From assembly GCA_951813075.1 (NCBI GenBank), contig OX638343.1, positions 550,149 to 614,148 on the forward strand: a DNA stretch of 64,000 nt. The letters run 5' to 3'. The notes below the pieces were generated by a model. The model worked only from the letters and a program-made list of their open reading frames with translations. It ran no database searches and had not been told where the DNA came from. Of this stretch, positions 61,576 through 64,000 are shown in pieces. The DNA comes from Arenicellales bacterium. Its GTDB lineage: Bacteria > Pseudomonadota > Gammaproteobacteria > Arenicellales > JAJDZL01. Every line of letters starts with the position of its first letter. Positions within the stretch are counted from its first letter, which is position 1. Made by a program: the position numbers and the translations under genes.

Positions 61576-63996
61576 CTATCCTCTAACCCTGATATTGACT
61601 TTTGAATACAGCGCTTTCTCGTGAGGTTTGATCGAAATTGTTCCTTGAATAGTCTCAAGTTGAATATGCTGATTGGTGTCTTGATCAGCAGGCAGAAAAG
61701 CATAACAAATCGATTTCCCCACAGTGTGACCGTAACCGCCAGATAGAGTTGAACTGATCACTTCATCTTCGCAAAGTAACGGCTCTCCACCATACAGTGG
61801 AACAAATCCTCTATAACTGAAACAATACAGTTTTCTTTTGACGCCGTCGTTAGCGATATTTTGGAGCGCTTTTCGTCCGACAAACTGTTCTTTACTGAAA
61901 TTTATCCGATAACTCAATCCTGTTTCAAATGGATTAATATAAGGAGAAATTTCGCCACTCCAATACAAATATCCGTTCTCCATTCGGAGAGAATCAAGAG
62001 CCCGATATCCTGCATTCGTGATTCCATACTCTTGTCCTGCCTCAAATAATTTGCGATAAACTTTCAACGCATATTCATTTTTCATGTAAAGTTCCCAACC
62101 AAGTTCGCCGGTATATGACAGACGTGCGGCTTTTACTGAAAATCCATCTAATTCAAGATCCTGGAATGTCAGATAAGGGAATGAAGCATTGGATACGTCA
62201 GATTCCGTGATCTTTTCTAAAATTTTGCGCGAACGAGGCCCACACAGATTGAGAACGGAATAATTATCGGTAATTTCCCGTATCCGCACATCATGCCCAG
62301 GTGGAATGTTCCGGTCAATCCAATCTCTATCGTGTACTCCGAAACCAGACCCTGTAATCAACCAGAATGTCTGCTCTGCAATCCGAAATAAAACCACATC
62401 ACACTCAATGCCTCCATCTTCGTTGCACATCTGTGCATAAGTTACTGTACCAATTGGACGATTTACGTTACAAGTTGATAAATGGTTCAAACAAGCAAGC
62501 GCATCCTTACCAGTAATTTCAAACTTGAAAAAAGAAGTTTGATCGATGAGCGCCGCATGGTTTCGTATTGCGTGGCATTCCCTACCGACTGCATCAAACC
62601 AGTTGGGCTTGCCGAACGTGGGAACATCCTTGGGATTCTCATCACCGGATGCAAACCAATTCACTCTTTCCCACCCAAACTTGGCGCCGTAAACCGCACC
62701 TGCACATTTCAATTCCCCATACAACGGGGAACATCGAATCTTACGACCTGATTGCGGTTCTTCGTACGGCCAATGAAGCTTGTAGTATCGACCGTAACTC
62801 TGCAATGCCCGTTGCTCCAGGTAAGGTGATTCTGCATGAAATTGCCCGAACCTTCGGATGTCAAATGACCACAAATCAAGAGTAGGGCGCCCGTCGACAA
62901 TCCACTCTGCCATGGCTCTGCCTGCACCGCCACAAGCAGCAATACCGGCAGTAAACCCGCACGCGGTGTAGAAATTGTCTGTACCGCTGACTAGTCCCAT
63001 TACCGGTTCACCATCAGCACTGACTGGGATCGGGCCGTTAATTAGTGTCTTTACACCAAGTCTTTTGATTATTGGCAATCGCTTTGCCGTCAAATCAAAA
63101 ATCTGATCAAATCGTTCATAGTTGCTGTTGAACAATGTACGATTGAAGTCACGTGGAAAATTTGTGCTGTCGATGGCAATTGAATCATCTTCCCATCCAC
63201 CGAATTCAAATGCACCGGCTTCTGGCTTGAGGTAGAAATTTCGATCAGGGTCGCGCAATGTTGGCAAACCGTCCAGAATTTCATCTGACTTCTCAGTTAT
63301 CAAATACTGATGTTCCACGATTCCCGCAGGGATGGAACAACCCGCCAACTGACCGATCTGTCTCGCCCACAAACCTGCACAGTTCACAACAACATCACAC
63401 TTAATTGTTCCGCAATCAGTCTCAACTGCACTAATTCGCCTGTCTGTTCTGACAAATCCAGTCACCATGACGTGCTCAACAATCTTTCCGCCCATCATGC
63501 GAAATCCTTTGGCTAGTGATTGAGTCAGGCCATAAGGATCAACGTAGCCATCCTCAGGCAACAGAGCAGCGCCATAGATGGAACTGCTATCGATCAACGG
63601 GAATAAATCTACAGCTTCATTTCCATCCAATAATTGAAGGCCAATGTTGAACGCGCGAGCCTTGATGGCCATCTGTCGAATTTCCATCCAGCGATCCCGA
63701 CTCGATGCAAGTCGAAGACTGCCCACCGGTTTCCAGCCTGGTGATAAACCTGTTTCCTTCTCCAACTGACCGAACAGTTCGGTGCTGTACTGCATCAGTC
63801 GAGTCAACCCTAGCGTTCCCCGCAATTGTCCGACGAGGCCGGCAGCATGCCAGGTGCAACCATTGGTGAGCTCTGATTTCTCAATAAGCAATACATTTCG
63901 CTTTCCAAATTTCGCAAGATGATAGGCGACGGAAACACCAATGACACCACCCCCGACGATGACAATCTCAGCCTGATCTGGAAGCGAGTTCTCCAT
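61576..63996 (-). CDS. FAD-dependent dimethylglycine/sarcosine dehydrogenase-like oxidoreductase with GcvT (aminomethyltransferase) C-terminal domain
   Basis: The 806-aa ORF has the N-terminal FAD fold EIVIVGGGVIGVSVAYHLAK and CTWHAAGLV. The C-terminal half is GcvT-like (GYRALDSLRMENGY, LSYTGELGWELY). The ATG lies 4 nt from the window end. Confidence 0.9.
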   Translation of the reverse strand: MENSLPDQAEIVIVGGGVIGVSVAYHLAKFGKRNVLLIEKSELTNGCTWHAAGLVGQLRGTLGLTRLMQYSTELFGQLEKETGLSPGWKPVGSLRLASSRDRWMEIRQMAIKARAFNIGLQLLDGNEAVDLFPLIDSSSIYGAALLPEDGYVDPYGLTQSLAKGFRMMGGKIVEHVMVTGFVRTDRRISAVETDCGTIKCDVVVNCAGLWARQIGQLAGCSIPAGIVEHQYLITEKSDEILDGLPTLRDPDRNFYLKPEAGAFEFGGWEDDSIAIDSTNFPRDFNRTLFNSNYERFDQIFDLTAKRLPIIKRLGVKTLINGPIPVSADGEPVMGLVSGTDNFYTACGFTAGIAACGGAGRAMAEWIVDGRPTLDLWSFDIRRFGQFHAESPYLEQRALQSYGRYYKLHWPYEEPQSGRKIRCSPLYGELKCAGAVYGAKFGWERVNWFASGDENPKDVPTFGKPNWFDAVGRECHAIRNHAALIDQTSFFKFEITGKDALACLNHLSTCNVNRPIGTVTYAQMCNEDGGIECDVVLFRIAEQTFWLITGSGFGVHDRDWIDRNIPPGHDVRIREITDNYSVLNLCGPRSRKILEKITESDVSNASFPYLTFQDLELDGFSVKAARLSYTGELGWELYMKNEYALKVYRKLFEAGQEYGITNAGYRALDSLRMENGYLYWSGEISPYINPFETGLSYRINFSKEQFVGRKALQNIANDGVKRKLYCFSYRGFVPLYGGEPLLCEDEVISSTLSGGYGHTVGKSICYAFLPADQDTNQHIQLETIQGTISIKPHEKALYSKVNIRVRG

Positions 63997-64000
63997 TTTT

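Overview
This 64-kb window comes from a moderately AT-rich, gammaproteobacterium-like chromosome. Hand counts on sample 60-nt lines give about 45% GC in core coding DNA. Most of the window is conserved housekeeping synteny. In order it contains uvrA (truncated at the window edge) divergent from an MFS transporter and ssb; a TerB-like gene; a sugar oxidoreductase/aminotransferase pair; and rpsF-rpsR-rplI-dnaB-alr. Next, dapD-glnD-map lies divergent from a long cluster running rpsB-tsf-pyrH-frr-uppS-cdsA-dxr-rseP-bamA-skp-lpxD-fabZ-lpxA-lpxB-rnhB-dnaE-accA-tilS-pyrG-kdsA-eno-ftsB. After that come ygfZ, sdhCDAB-sdhE, maeA, nadB, lepB-rnc-era-recO and yggX. Many gene junctions overlap by 1 or 4 nt (TGATG, ATGA). 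The accessory part lies at about 53.7-61.5 kb. It holds a ~0.95-kb AT-rich ORF-poor spacer, an atypical HesB/IscA-like gene, an orphan ATP-grasp ligase and tRNA-Asn(GTT). Directly after the tRNA CCA end there is a ~3.4-kb block of much higher GC (62-78% on sampled lines). This block carries a frameshifted and truncated SF2 helicase fragment, an apparently intact AbiEi/AbiEii type IV toxin-antitoxin (abortive infection) pair, and a multiply disrupted SRAP (YedK-like) pseudogene. No integrase and no recognisable attR are present. Beyond it is a ~600-bp non-coding stretch with three tandem ~21-bp repeats, then a choline-kinase-like gene and a dimethylglycine/sarcosine-dehydrogenase-like gene. I did not find a convincing, complete, novel multi-gene system. 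The best leads are the decayed tRNA-Asn island with its surviving AbiE module, the orphan ATP-grasp plus atypical A-type carrier pair, a type-I-toxin-like small hydrophobic ORF in the AT-rich spacer, an unlisted DUF1674/SDHAF4-like mini-ORF in front of sdhC, and genetically encoded acidic tails on ribosomal proteins S6, S2 and L9. No CRISPR array, rRNA or intact IS element was seen. All homology calls rest on motifs recognised by eye in the translations. No database search was run.
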